Assembly: GCA_003223555.1 (NCBI GenBank)
Contig: QHVM01000082.1
Location: 163,762 to 227,761 of the forward strand
Reading direction: 5' to 3'
Origin: Acidobacteriota bacterium
Lineage (GTDB): Bacteria; Acidobacteriota; Vicinamibacteria; Fen-336
DNA: 64,000 nucleotides
Shown: in pieces, positions 28,883-38,885 of the stretch
Numbering within the stretch: the first letter of the stretch is position 1
Layout of the letters: the number at the start of each line of letters is the position of its first letter
Translations under genes and position numbers: made by a program
Notes under the pieces: generated by a model
Databases searched by the model: none
Seen by the model: only the letters and a program-made list of their open reading frames with translations
Told to the model about the DNA's origin: nothing

Positions 28883-30231
28883 AGCTGCCCGATTTCTGGA
28901 AGACCTACGCGGTCCTGGCCGTGCTGGGCGGCCTGGGAGCCTACGTCTACTTCGTCGAGTCCAAGAAGGAGGGGAAGCCGGAGAAGTCGAAGGAGAAGGT
29001 CGTCAGCCTCGACAAGGCAAAGGTCAAGGAGCTGAGCCTGGCTGGAGCGGGCAAGGAAGAGGTGAAGCTCGTCAAGGACGGGACGAGCTGGCGCCTCACC
29101 GCTCCCCAGGCCGCCCCCGCCGACGCGCAGGAGGCCGAGTCGGTGCTCTCCAGCCTGGAGGGGCTGGAGATCGACGAGGTCGTCTCGGAGACGCCGGGCA
29201 AGCTCTCCGAGTTCGGCCTCGACCCTCCGAAGACGAAGGTGACCGTCGTCCAGCAGGGTGGTCCCGCCCAGGAGGTGCTCTTCGGCAACAAGACGCCGGA
29301 CGAAGGCTCGGTCTACGCCAAGCAGCCGAACCGGCCGCGCGTGTTCACGGTGGCCGCCTACAGCGCGAACACGTTCGACAAGAAGCCGTTCGACCTGCGC
29401 GACCGCGACCTCCTGCACGTCCAGCGCGACGCGGTGCGGAAGCTGGAGGTCACGGGCCCCGACGGCGGCTACGCCCTCGCCCGCGACGAGCGAGGCGAAT
29501 GGGGATTCACCGCGCCGCTCGCCACCCGGGCCGGACGGTGGTCGGTCGACGGCCTGCTCGGCAACGTGGAGACGCTGCGCATGGAATCGGTGGCGGCCGA
29601 GGAGCCCGGCGACCTCAAGCCCTACGGCCTCGACAAGCCGGCGCGCGTCGTGAGGCTCGGCCTCGCCGACGGCAACACGAAGACGCTGGAGATCGGCGGG
29701 GCCACCGGGGACAAGAAGCACTACGCCCGCGCGGGCGGGCGGAGCCTGGTGGCGGTGATCCCCGACGCGATCGTCGACGAGCTGGGCAAGGGCAAGGACG
29801 CGCTGCGGGCCAAGCGGCTGCTCGAGGTGTCGAGCTTCGACGTGGAGGGCTTCAACGTCGAGGCCGGCGGCGCGAAGAAGGCCTACGGCCGCACGGCGTC
29901 GAAGGACAAGGACGGCGTCGAGACGTCCAAGTGGAAGCGCACGGTCCCCGACGGCAAGGACCTCGACACCACCAAGGTCCAGGACGCTCTGTTCCTCGTC
30001 GGCGGGGTGGAGGTGCAGGAGTTCCTGGACAAGCCCGCGGGCGCCGAGACCTACGGCCTCGACCACCCTGCCCTGAAGGTGACGATCCGGGAGAAGGACA
30101 AGCCCGAGAGCTTCTTCGAGGTGGGGGAGAAGGGGGGGGCCTACTACGCGCGGCGCGCCGGAGACGAGGCCGTCCTGAAGCTCGACGCGACCAAGGCCGC
30201 CGACCTCGTCAAGAAGTTCTCCGAGCTTTGA
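28879..30231 (+). CDS. DUF4340-like domain protein
   Basis: N-terminal TM, three repeated W...P...A...YGLD-P modules; usual position after GldG-like genes. Confidence 0.75.
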   Translation: MKLPDFWKTYAVLAVLGGLGAYVYFVESKKEGKPEKSKEKVVSLDKAKVKELSLAGAGKEEVKLVKDGTSWRLTAPQAAPADAQEAESVLSSLEGLEIDEVVSETPGKLSEFGLDPPKTKVTVVQQGGPAQEVLFGNKTPDEGSVYAKQPNRPRVFTVAAYSANTFDKKPFDLRDRDLLHVQRDAVRKLEVTGPDGGYALARDERGEWGFTAPLATRAGRWSVDGLLGNVETLRMESVAAEEPGDLKPYGLDKPARVVRLGLADGNTKTLEIGGATGDKKHYARAGGRSLVAVIPDAIVDELGKGKDALRAKRLLEVSSFDVEGFNVEAGGAKKAYGRTASKDKDGVETSKWKRTVPDGKDLDTTKVQDALFLVGGVEVQEFLDKPAGAETYGLDHPALKVTIREKDKPESFFEVGEKGGAYYARRAGDEAVLKLDATKAADLVKKFSEL

Positions 30232-30247
30232 TGAAGCAGTTGGCCGG

Positions 30248-30312
30248 GCGCGCGGTGTCCACTCCGCGCGCTCCGTCCTGATCGACCGCGGTCAGAGGAC
30301 GGCGCGGTCGAT
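30248..30312. terminator. Hairpins between convergent genes (possible terminator or stabiliser)
   Basis: GCGCGCGG/CCGCGCGC (30248-30271) and ATCGACCGCG/CGCGGTCGAT (30281-30312); no clear U-tract. Confidence 0.35.
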
Positions 30313-30412
30313 ATCGGATCCATCAACGAGTCGCGCGCTCCGGGACACGCGCGCCTTCGTTGCACTTGTTCTTGCTTCTCTGCGTTCCTCGGCGGCCTCT
30401 GCGTTTAATTCG

Positions 30413-30850
30413 TTAGCGATTTGGTGAGGGCGGCGGGAGGGCTAGCGTACGGACGAAGAGGACCACCTTCCAGCGGTCCTCATCGGCGGGGATCTCCCGC
30501 TTGTAGGCCGGCATGATCACGTCCGCGCCGTCCCGCAGCCCGGTCGAGACCTTCCAGAAGATCTCGCCGTCGGTCAGCTTGGCCTGCTTGGCCGGGTTCG
30601 TCAGGTCCTCGGGCGGCTTGACGCCGTAGCGGCCGGAGGGGCCGTCGCCCTTGCCCTTCTCCCCGTGGCACCGCTGGCAGTTCTTGCGGTAGAGGAAGCG
30701 GCCCTTCTGCAGCGCGTCGGCCGAGACGGCGATCGGATTGAGGCGGGTCCGCTCCTCGGGCGGGGCCACCCAGTCCTGGGCCGCCAGCGGCAGGACGGCC
30801 GAGCAGGCCGCGGCCACGGCCAGCGATCCCCAACGGCCGGCGCCGCTCAC
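30413..30850 (-). CDS. Periplasmic monoheme cytochrome c
   Basis: Signal peptide, CQRCHG heme motif, GKGDGP, MPAY axial Met. Confidence 0.88.
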   Translation of the reverse strand: MSGAGRWGSLAVAAACSAVLPLAAQDWVAPPEERTRLNPIAVSADALQKGRFLYRKNCQRCHGEKGKGDGPSGRYGVKPPEDLTNPAKQAKLTDGEIFWKVSTGLRDGADVIMPAYKREIPADEDRWKVVLFVRTLALPPPSPNR

Positions 30851-31512
30851 GGCTTCGGCGTGGCCTGGGGGCCGGGCGACGCCCGCCGGGCCGGGGTCCG
30901 GGTCGAGCGCGAGGCCGAGGGCTTCGCGGCCGCCGGCCTGGCCGCGGCGCCTTCGACGCGCGCGCTCTTGATCACGACCGGGGTGACCGGCACGTTTTCA
31001 TAGGGCCCCTTGGTGGTCGTGGACACGGCCACGATCCGGTCCACGACGTCCATGCCCTCCAAGACCTGGCCGAAGACGGCATATCCGGCGCCGCGGATGC
31101 CGAAGTCCAGGGAGGGGTTGTCCTTCACGTTGATGAAGAACTGCGCGGTCGCGCTGTTGGGATCGCTCGTGCGGGCCATGGCGATCGTGCCGCGCAGGTT
31201 GCGCAGTCCGTTGCGCGACTCGTTGCGGATGGGAGGGCTGGTGGGCTTCTCCTTCAGCTCGGCGTTCATGCCCCCGCCCTGGATCATGAAGCCCGGTATG
31301 ACACGGTGGAAGACCGTGCCCGCATAGTGTCCGGCCCGCACGTACTTCAGGAAGTTGGCGACCGAGATGGGCGCCTTCGCCTGGTCGAGGGCGACCCGGA
31401 TCCGGCCCAGGCTCGTCTCCAGCACCACCACGGGTCCGGCGGGTGCGGAGGGGCTGGGGGAGGGGGAGGCAGCGGCCTGGGCGAGCAGAAGCGCGGCAGT
31501 CGTCAAGAGCAT
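30847..31512 (-). CDS. ppiA: Cyclophilin-type peptidyl-prolyl cis-trans isomerase (exported)
   Basis: [39 protein letters not shown]. Confidence 0.92.
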   Translation of the reverse strand: MLLTTAALLLAQAAASPSPSPSAPAGPVVVLETSLGRIRVALDQAKAPISVANFLKYVRAGHYAGTVFHRVIPGFMIQGGGMNAELKEKPTSPPIRNESRNGLRNLRGTIAMARTSDPNSATAQFFINVKDNPSLDFGIRGAGYAVFGQVLEGMDVVDRIVAVSTTTKGPYENVPVTPVVIKSARVEGAAARPAAAKPSASRSTRTPARRASPGPQATPKP

Positions 31513-31584
31513 GCGGGAATTCTACCAAGGTTGATCCGGTCCGGGCCCGGGCCTTAGAATGCCAGGGTTGCCTTCCTGAGCGGC

Positions 31585-33003
31585 ATGGTCCTCTTCAACT
31601 ACTCCACGAAGGAGCTGACGGCCAAGGTCGTGTATTACGGCCCCGGCCTCTGCGGCAAGACCACGAACCTCCAGTGGATCCACGAGAAACTCCCCATCAA
31701 GAACAAGGGGAAGATGCTGTCGCTCGCCACCGAGGCCGACCGGACGCTGTTCTTCGACTTCCTGCCCATCGAGCTGGGCACGATCCGCGGCATGAAGACC
31801 CGGATCCAGCTCTACACCGTGCCCGGCCAGGTCTTCTACAACGCCACCCGGCGGATGGTGCTGAAGGGGGCCGACTGCGTGGTGTTCGTGGCCGACAGCC
31901 AGGAGCCGATGCTGGACGCGAACCTGGACTCGGTGGCCAACCTCAAGGAGAACCTGGAGGCCAACGAGATCGACGCCGACGAGATCCCGACCGTCCTGCA
32001 GTACAACAAGCGTGACCTGCCCAACGCGCTGCCCATCGAGATCCTGAACGAGAAGCTGAACCCGAAGGGGCTGCCCTACTTCGAGGCGGTGGCCATGAAG
32101 GGCATCGGCGTCGAGGAGACGCTGAAGGGGGCGACGACTCTGGTCTTCCGCACCCTCGCCACCAAGTACGGCGGCGCCGAAGGACCGGCCGCCTCAGCCA
32201 CGGCCACCGCTCCCGTCAAGCCGGCCGCGGCGGCCGCCCCGGCCTCCTCGGTGCCCTCGGCCGGCCCGGCCTCGGCCGTCTCCGCGTCCCCGGCATCGGC
32301 CCGCGGGCCGGTCTCGACGCTGCCGCCGGGCGCCCGGGCCGCGGCGGTGACCGGGGATGCGGACATCGAGCTGGAGCTGCCGGCCGGCATGGAAGGCGAG
32401 GAGATCCAGCTGCCGACCAGCGAGGCCGAGGAGATCTCGCTGACGGTGGACGAGGAGCCGGTCCTGATGGCGGCGGCCGAGACGACCGCTCCTCGCGTCG
32501 ACACCAAGAGCACGCTGGTGCGCGGGGCGAACGATGCGGCGGACCTGCGCCGGCGGATCAGCCAGCCGATCGTGGAGCCGGAGCTGAGCCTGGAGGCGAT
32601 CGACGAGGAGGAGGCGGAGATCGAGGAGATCAGCCTGGAGAGCCCGCCGCCCCGCTCCGCTCCCCCGCGCCCGCCAATCCGCCCGGCGGTCGCGCCCGCG
32701 GCCGTCGCCGCACCCCCGGTGCGGCCGGTGGCGGTCGCCCCGACGCGCCCGGCGCCGGCGGTCCCCACGCCTCGCTCCGCACCGGCACCCCCTCCGCGCG
32801 GACCGGTCCCTCGTCCTGCACCCGCCGCTTCCTCTGCGGTGTCGGCGTCGTCCTCCATCTCCACGGCCCCGGTGTCGGTGCAGCTCAGCGGCGCGCCGGG
32901 GCAGACCGACATCTCGATCCCGGTGGAGGTCATCCTGAACAACGGCACCGCCCAGGTGAACATCCACCTGCGCCTGACGCTGAACCTCAAGCTCCAGGAG
33001 TAG
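31585..33003 (+). CDS. MglA-like small GTPase with long low-complexity C-terminal extension
   Basis: KVVYYGPGLCGKTTNL, DRTLFFDF, YTVPGQVFY, QYNKRDL. Confidence 0.88.
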   Translation: MVLFNYSTKELTAKVVYYGPGLCGKTTNLQWIHEKLPIKNKGKMLSLATEADRTLFFDFLPIELGTIRGMKTRIQLYTVPGQVFYNATRRMVLKGADCVVFVADSQEPMLDANLDSVANLKENLEANEIDADEIPTVLQYNKRDLPNALPIEILNEKLNPKGLPYFEAVAMKGIGVEETLKGATTLVFRTLATKYGGAEGPAASATATAPVKPAAAAAPASSVPSAGPASAVSASPASARGPVSTLPPGARAAAVTGDADIELELPAGMEGEEIQLPTSEAEEISLTVDEEPVLMAAAETTAPRVDTKSTLVRGANDAADLRRRISQPIVEPELSLEAIDEEEAEIEEISLESPPPRSAPPRPPIRPAVAPAAVAAPPVRPVAVAPTRPAPAVPTPRSAPAPPPRGPVPRPAPAASSAVSASSSISTAPVSVQLSGAPGQTDISIPVEVILNNGTAQVNIHLRLTLNLKLQE

Positions 33004-33036
33004 CCGGGAACAGCTCCGGCGCCCGGCTCCTGGTCT

Positions 33037-33145
33037 TTTGACGCAGAGGTCGCAGAGAACAGAAAGAGGCCGCGGAGAACAGATAGGGGTCTCTTTCCAG
33101 CGCCGAGCCGGCGTTTTCTTTCCCCTCTGCGTCCTCTGCGTTAAA
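33037..33145. repeat. Intergenic element with terminal inverted repeats and CGCAGAG/CTCTGCG sub-repeats
   Basis: TTTGACGCAGAGG (33037-33049) matches the reverse complement of CCTCTGCGTTAAA (33133-33145) at 12/13; related half-element at ~30377-30408. Confidence 0.7.
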
Positions 33146-33167
33146 GAGCCGGTCGGGCCGGGGCGGG

Positions 33168-34073
33168 CTACTCCGCGGCGGGGATGGCCATGAGCGCGCT
33201 GCGCTGGACGTCCTGGTAGCGCACCGCGGCGACGTCGAAGGCCTCGATGGCGGCGAGCAGCTTCTCGAAGGTCGCGTCGAAGGAGGGCAGCGTCTTCCGG
33301 GCCCGGGACAGCGGCGTCGTGCGGGCGAGCACGTAGTTCTTCACGAACGGATGCCGGATGCCGCGCTTCTTGAGCTCGGCGACGACCCGGCCCAGGGCCT
33401 CGTCCGCCGCCCGCACCGCCTCCGCCCTCGCCTCGCGCTGGGGCAGCGTCTTGGCGAAGGTCCCGGGCAGGAAGGCATCCACCCGGCGCAGGATGGGCGC
33501 GAAGGCTCCCCCGGCGAAGCGCTTGTTGGCCTCGTAGAGCAGCCCGAGAGTGATGAGGTGGGCCGCCTCGAACTGGAAGGCATAGTCCTGCTCGCCCTTC
33601 CTGGGCTCGGCCTCGAGCAGGCCGCGGTACATCCGGATCACCTCCAGCGACTTCTCCTTGAGGTTGTGGGCCTTCTCGGTATTGAGGGCCAGGATCTGGA
33701 AGGCGACCTCGGTCTCGGGGATCACGATCGCCGGCACCCAGTCCGCCTTCAGCTTCTGGAGGGCCTTCAATCGGTGGTGGCCGTTCGGCGTCCAGTACAC
33801 CCCGGGCTGCGGCGAGACGAGCACGATCGGGTCCACGAAGCGGTCGATCTTCTTGACCATCTCCTGCAGCCGCTTGGCGTGGGTGGGAGAGAGGTCGCGC
33901 TGGTAGGGGGTGGGGGCGACCTTGTCGATGGGCAGGAGCGCGAAGAGCTGCCAATGGCCGCCCACGGGCTCGCGGTAGGCGGCCAGCGGCCGGCCGCCGT
34001 CGGCCTGGACCTGGGCGGCCAGCGCCGCGACGGCCGGCGCCGGCCGCTCGTCGGGATGCACGGCGAGAGCCAT
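33168..34073 (-). CDS. ParB/Srx-like N-terminal domain protein
   Basis: PTPYQRDLS, FVDPIV, TPNGHHRLKAL, LALNTEKAH. Confidence 0.75.
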   Translation of the reverse strand: MALAVHPDERPAPAVAALAAQVQADGGRPLAAYREPVGGHWQLFALLPIDKVAPTPYQRDLSPTHAKRLQEMVKKIDRFVDPIVLVSPQPGVYWTPNGHHRLKALQKLKADWVPAIVIPETEVAFQILALNTEKAHNLKEKSLEVIRMYRGLLEAEPRKGEQDYAFQFEAAHLITLGLLYEANKRFAGGAFAPILRRVDAFLPGTFAKTLPQREARAEAVRAADEALGRVVAELKKRGIRHPFVKNYVLARTTPLSRARKTLPSFDATFEKLLAAIEAFDVAAVRYQDVQRSALMAIPAAE

Positions 34074-34137
34074 CGAGCGCGCTCCGGAGGAAAAGCTTAG
34101 CAGGCTTTGCCGCGGCGGAAGGTAGAATCGCCACGAC

Positions 34138-36921
34138 ATGAGGGTCACGCGGCTCCGCGACTTCGGCGTCGTCCGCTCTCTTCTCGTCCTCTGCGCGCTC
34201 TGCCTCGTCGCCGTCGTCCCCCTCCACGCCCAGCTCACGCCGATCCCGCAGGCCCAGGGAGGAGCGGGCCTGGGCCTCGCCCTTCGGCGGCTCGGGGTGA
34301 CCGGACGCGTCCTCTACGTCACGGCCCATCCCGACGACGAGCACAATGGCGTCCTCGTCGCGCTCTCCCGCGGCCGCGGGATCCGCACCGGCCTGCTGAC
34401 CCTGACCCGGGGCGACGGCGGCCAGAACGCGATCGGCCCCGAGCTGTTCGAGGCCCTGGGCGTCCTCCGCACGGAGGAGCTCGCCACGCTGCACCGCTAC
34501 GATGGCGTCGAGCAGTACTTCTCGCTCGCCTACGAGTTCGGTTACTCGTTCAGCGTCGACGAGACCTTCCGCAAGTGGGGCCACGACGAGACCCTCGGCG
34601 ACGTGGTGCAGCGGATCCGGGCCTTCGAGCCCGACGTGATCCTGACCCTTTCCCTCGAGTCGAAGGGCGGCGGACAGCACCACCAGGCCTCGGCCCGGCT
34701 GGCCGTGGAGGCGTTCCGGGCCGCCGCCGATCCGGCGCGCTACCCGGAGCAGGTCCGTTCGGGGCTGTCTCCCTGGCAGGCGCGCAAGATCTACCAGGGT
34801 GGCGTCGGGGGCGGGCGCGAGCCGATCGCCGGGCCGCCTCCGGTCACGGTGCCGACGGGCGTGTACGATCCCCTGCTCGGGATGTCGTGGCAGGAGCTGG
34901 GGAGCATCGCCCGCGCGTCGCACCGCTGCCAGGGGGCGAGCCAGCTCAAGGCCGAGCCCGGCCCCGGTGAAGGCGTCTACTACCTCGTCGACAGCGCACC
35001 CGCCGTGACGGCCAAGGAGAGCGACATCCTGGACGGCATCGACGTGTCCCTCAAGGGGCTGCGACGCTTCGTGGCCGGACAGGAGGCCAGCGTGCCGTTC
35101 CTCGACGGCGATCTGGACCTCCTCCAGCGCCGCATCGACGACGTCCACGCCACCTTCGACGTCCAGGCGCCCGAGAAGACGCTGCCCCCGCTGCGGATCG
35201 CGGTGGACGGCCTGCGTGCGCTGCGCCGCCGGGTGGACCAGAGCGGGCTCGACGGGCCGGCCCGCCGGCGCATGACCGACCGGCTGGCCGACGAGGAGGC
35301 CGCCGCCGCCGCCGCGCTGGAGCTGGCCCAGGGCCTCTCCTTCGAGGTGCGGGCCGAAGACGGCCAGGTCGTGCCCGGCCAGACCTTCGGCGTGACGGCG
35401 CGGGTCTTCAACCAGGGGCCGGTCCCGCTCGCCGTCGACGGCCTCGCGCTGCGGGTCCCCGAAGGCTGGTCGGCCCGGAACGTCTCCGGAGGGCCGAAGG
35501 AGCTGGGGGCCTGGCACGGGCTGGAGGTGAAGTTCGCGGTTACCGCCTCGGACAGCGCCCGGCCCTCCCAGCCCTACTGGCACCGCCGCAACGGCCGCGA
35601 CCGCTACGAGGTGGACGATCCCCGGCTCACGGGGCTGCCGTGGGCTCCGCCCGACGTGGTGGCCGAGCTCGACTGGCGCACGGGCGGCGCCGCCGCCCGC
35701 ACGCGCGCTCCCGCCCTCTGGCGCTACGAAGGGCCGTGGGTGGGAGGCGAGAAGCAGAAGGTCGTGAACGTCGTGCCCCTGCTCTCCGTCCGCCTGGCCC
35801 CCGACGTCGCGGTCGCGCCGCTCTCCGCCTCCGGCGCGCGCAAGGAGTTCCGCGTCGGTGTGCTGAACGGCGCTTCCGGCCCCGCCTCCGCGACGGTGCG
35901 GCTGGAGGTTCCCCGGGGCTGGCGAGCCGAGCCGGCCGAGACTCCGCTGAGCTTCCGCTTCGAGGGCGAGGAGATCGCGGCGCGCTTCTTCGTCAGCCCT
36001 CCCGCCGCGCTGGAGGCCGGAAACTACGAGGTCCGGGCGGTCGCCTCCGCCGGCGGCCGGGAATATCGCGAGGGCTACCAGGTGATCGCCTACGACCACG
36101 TGCAGGAGCGCCACCTCTTCCATCCCGCCTCCGCCCGCGTGGAAGCCTTCGACGTGCGGGTCGCCCCCGGCGTATCGGTTGGATACGTGATGGGGTCCGG
36201 AGACGACGTGCCGGAGGCCCTGCGCCAGATCGGCGTCCCGGTCACGATGCTGGGTGTGGACGAGCTGGCCTACGGCGACCTCTCGCGCTACACGACGATC
36301 GTCCTCGGCATCCGCGCGTACGGCGCGCGGCCCGACCTGCGCTCGTACCAGCAGCGCCTGATGGACTACGTGCGCGGCGGCGGCCACCTCGTCGTCCAGT
36401 ACAACCGGGCCGACTTCAACGTCCTGGCCGCCCCGGCGCGGCGCACCGGACCGGCCGGGGGAGGGGAGGCCCTGCCCGAGAGCCCCTTCGCGCCCTACCC
36501 CGCCTCGATCGCCGTCATCCGCATCGTGGACGACAGCTCGCGCACGCCGGACGGCAAGCCCCGCGTGATCGAGGAGACGGCGCGGATCACCGACGAGGAC
36601 GCGCCCGTCACCGTGCTGGTGCCCGCCGACCCGGTCTTCACCACTCCCAACCGGATCGGCCCCGGGGACTGGCAGGGCTGGGTGCAGGAGCGCGGCACCT
36701 ATTTCCTGGACGCCCGCGATCCGCGCTACGTCGACCTGGTCTCGATGACCGACCCGTTTCCGCTGAACCCGGGCGTGAGGAAGGGAGCGCTCGTCGAGGC
36801 GCCGGTCGGCCAGGGGACATGGACCTACGTGGGGCTGGGTCTGTTCCGCCAGGTCACGGCCGGGACCCCGGGGGCTTACAGGCTGCTGGCCAACCTCGTC
36901 AGCCGACCGGCGGGTCGGTAG
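34138..36921 (+). CDS. Exported PIG-L/LmbE family deacetylase with Ig-like (NEW3-type) and C-terminal GATase-like domains
   Basis: Signal peptide, AHPDDE, TRGDGGQN, RTEEL, GQHHQAS; GWVQERG. Confidence 0.85.
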   Translation: MRVTRLRDFGVVRSLLVLCALCLVAVVPLHAQLTPIPQAQGGAGLGLALRRLGVTGRVLYVTAHPDDEHNGVLVALSRGRGIRTGLLTLTRGDGGQNAIGPELFEALGVLRTEELATLHRYDGVEQYFSLAYEFGYSFSVDETFRKWGHDETLGDVVQRIRAFEPDVILTLSLESKGGGQHHQASARLAVEAFRAAADPARYPEQVRSGLSPWQARKIYQGGVGGGREPIAGPPPVTVPTGVYDPLLGMSWQELGSIARASHRCQGASQLKAEPGPGEGVYYLVDSAPAVTAKESDILDGIDVSLKGLRRFVAGQEASVPFLDGDLDLLQRRIDDVHATFDVQAPEKTLPPLRIAVDGLRALRRRVDQSGLDGPARRRMTDRLADEEAAAAAALELAQGLSFEVRAEDGQVVPGQTFGVTARVFNQGPVPLAVDGLALRVPEGWSARNVSGGPKELGAWHGLEVKFAVTASDSARPSQPYWHRRNGRDRYEVDDPRLTGLPWAPPDVVAELDWRTGGAAARTRAPALWRYEGPWVGGEKQKVVNVVPLLSVRLAPDVAVAPLSASGARKEFRVGVLNGASGPASATVRLEVPRGWRAEPAETPLSFRFEGEEIAARFFVSPPAALEAGNYEVRAVASAGGREYREGYQVIAYDHVQERHLFHPASARVEAFDVRVAPGVSVGYVMGSGDDVPEALRQIGVPVTMLGVDELAYGDLSRYTTIVLGIRAYGARPDLRSYQQRLMDYVRGGGHLVVQYNRADFNVLAAPARRTGPAGGGEALPESPFAPYPASIAVIRIVDDSSRTPDGKPRVIEETARITDEDAPVTVLVPADPVFTTPNRIGPGDWQGWVQERGTYFLDARDPRYVDLVSMTDPFPLNPGVRKGALVEAPVGQGTWTYVGLGLFRQVTAGTPGAYRLLANLVSRPAGR

Positions 36922-37168
36922 CGGCATGCGCCTTGCAGATTCCCACCGCGAAGGGACCGCGTCCTCCTCATCCGACGGACACGGCTGGTTCACGGTGGCT
37001 GAAGTCTCCTTCGTGCTCAACGAGCTGCGCGATCGTTGGAGCCGGGAGTTTCCCCCGTTGTCAGTCGACACCCCGCCGATGGCGGTGGGGCTGACCATGA
37101 CTCGCTCGCTCCGGCGTGACGTCCGGCCTGAGGCGGCCGGCGTGACCCGGCCAATCAGGAGGTAGTCG

Positions 37169-37624
37169 ATGGCGGAATCCGACAACAAGGGCATCGTGGG
37201 GACAGTGACCTCAGGCGTGGGCTCGGCGGCCAGCACCGTCGCCTCGGGCGTGGGGTCGGCCGCGAGCACGGTGGCGTCGGGCGTCGGCACGGCGGCGCAG
37301 AAGGTCGGCTCCGTGGTGGGCACCGCGGTCGGCAGCGCGGCCGGGGCGGTGGCCGGTGTGGCCAAGAAGGCGGTCCACGCGGTCGGAGTCGGTGGGTCCG
37401 AGAAGCCCGCATCCTCGACGGCGGCTCCTCGCAAGCCGCCGCGCGCCCGTTCCCGCGCCCGCGGCACGCGCGCCACCACTTCGCGCAAGGTGCGGGGAAG
37501 CCGCTCGCGCGGGCGGCCGGCGAGGGGACGCAAGGCCGGCGGCCGCGCCTCTGCGTCGCGCCGTATACGGGGCCGGGCGCGGAGCAAGCCGCGCGCCCGC
37601 CGGCGCACGACGCGCAAGAAGTAG
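37169..37624 (+). CDS. Low-complexity protein with N-terminal 11-aa repeats and Arg/Lys-rich C-terminus
   Basis: AGGAGG RBS before ATG; TVxSGVGxAAx x3; basic tail. Confidence 0.7.
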   Translation: MAESDNKGIVGTVTSGVGSAASTVASGVGSAASTVASGVGTAAQKVGSVVGTAVGSAAGAVAGVAKKAVHAVGVGGSEKPASSTAAPRKPPRARSRARGTRATTSRKVRGSRSRGRPARGRKAGGRASASRRIRGRARSKPRARRRTTRKK

Positions 37625-37629
37625 CCCAG

Positions 37630-38841
37630 CTAGCGCCGCAGGCGCCGGCTGCCCCGGCGGTCCCGCGTGTGCCGGCGCTCCGGGTACACCATCAGGCTGG
37701 CTCGGGTCAGCGTGCCCTCGCCGAAGCGCCGGTCGACGGCGTCGCGCACCTGGTCGGCCGCGCTGGCGGCCGCCGCGAACAGATCGAGCTGCGTCCCGGC
37801 CCCGAAGCCGGAGGTGTAGATCCCGAGCAGGCGCACCCGCCGCTCGCCATGCACGCCTTCGAAGAGCCGCCAGACGACGCGGAAGAGGACGTCGCCGGCG
37901 TCGGTCGGCTCGGGCAGCGTCTCCGCGCGGGTGAGGGTGCGGAAGCCCTCGTCGCGGTACTTGAGCGTCAGCGTGCGCGCGCGCAGGCCGTGGCCACGCA
38001 GGCGGCGGGCGACCGCATCGGCCAGGTCGAGGAGCGTCCCGCGCAGCGCGGCGAGGTCCGAGACGTCCTTGTCGAAGGTATGCTCCTGGCCCAGGCTCTT
38101 GGTCTCGCCCGGGTCGGCCACCACGGGGCGATCGTCTTCCCCCCGCGCCAGCCGCATCAGGTCGTGCCCGTGCGTGCCGAGCCTCCGGGCCAGGCGGCCG
38201 GGGTCGAGGGCGGCCAGGGCGCCGATCGTGTGGACGCCGAGCCGCGTCAGCTCCTCCTCGGTCTTCGGTCCCACCCCCCACAGGCGCCGGATCGGCAGCG
38301 GAGCCAGGAAGGCCGCCTCGGCGCCGGGCCGCACCACCACGAGACCGTCGGGCTTGCGCATGTCGGAGGCGACCTTGGCCACGAGCTTCGACGTCGCGAC
38401 GCCGACCGAGGCGGTGAGGGCGGTCCGCTCGCGAACCGCCTCCTTGAGCCGCCGGGCCACCGTCTCGCCGTCGCCGAAAGCGCGGCGGCTGCCGGTGACG
38501 TCGAGGAATGCCTCGTCGATCGAGACCGGCTCCACGCAGTCGCTGAAGCCGCCCACGACCTCCATCACCTCCTTCGAGACTGCCGCGTACTTGTCCATGT
38601 CGGGGTGGACGTATACGCCGTGGGGGCAGCGCTTCCAGGCCTGTGAGATCGGCATCGCGCTGGAGATCCCGAACGCCCGCGCCTCGTAGGAGGCGGTCGC
38701 GACGACGCCCCGCCCTCGCCCGCCTCGGGGGTCGGCGCCCACGACGACCGGCCGGCCCTTCAGCTCCGGGCGGTCGCGCTGCTCGATGGCGGCGTAGAAG
38801 GCGTCCATGTCCACGTGCAGGATCGTCCGGACGCCCGCCAT
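37630..38841 (-). CDS. dinB: DNA polymerase IV
   Basis: ILHVDMDAFYA, ASYEAR, SIDEAFLD, KVASDMRKPDG. Confidence 0.93.
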   Translation of the reverse strand: MAGVRTILHVDMDAFYAAIEQRDRPELKGRPVVVGADPRGGRGRGVVATASYEARAFGISSAMPISQAWKRCPHGVYVHPDMDKYAAVSKEVMEVVGGFSDCVEPVSIDEAFLDVTGSRRAFGDGETVARRLKEAVRERTALTASVGVATSKLVAKVASDMRKPDGLVVVRPGAEAAFLAPLPIRRLWGVGPKTEEELTRLGVHTIGALAALDPGRLARRLGTHGHDLMRLARGEDDRPVVADPGETKSLGQEHTFDKDVSDLAALRGTLLDLADAVARRLRGHGLRARTLTLKYRDEGFRTLTRAETLPEPTDAGDVLFRVVWRLFEGVHGERRVRLLGIYTSGFGAGTQLDLFAAAASAADQVRDAVDRRFGEGTLTRASLMVYPERRHTRDRRGSRRLRR

Positions 38842-38885
38842 GGAAGGCATTCTACCGGGCTGGGGTGCCGGCTTCGGCCCGGTGG

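Noticed and set aside
25495..30231. Gliding motility machinery
   Set aside because: GldA/F/G-like ABC systems are widespread in non-gliding bacteria, and no other gld/spr/agl genes are present.
33168..34073. Plasmid/prophage partition or defence locus around the ParB-like gene
   Set aside because: No parA, integrase, phage or defence genes nearby and no evident compositional shift.
32194..37617. Very long shadow ORFs (1807 aa here; also 58611..62651, 58375..62160, 3243..5591 and others)
   Set aside because: Antisense or off-frame to well-supported genes; Arg/Gly/Pro-rich products are expected from stop-codon scarcity at high GC.
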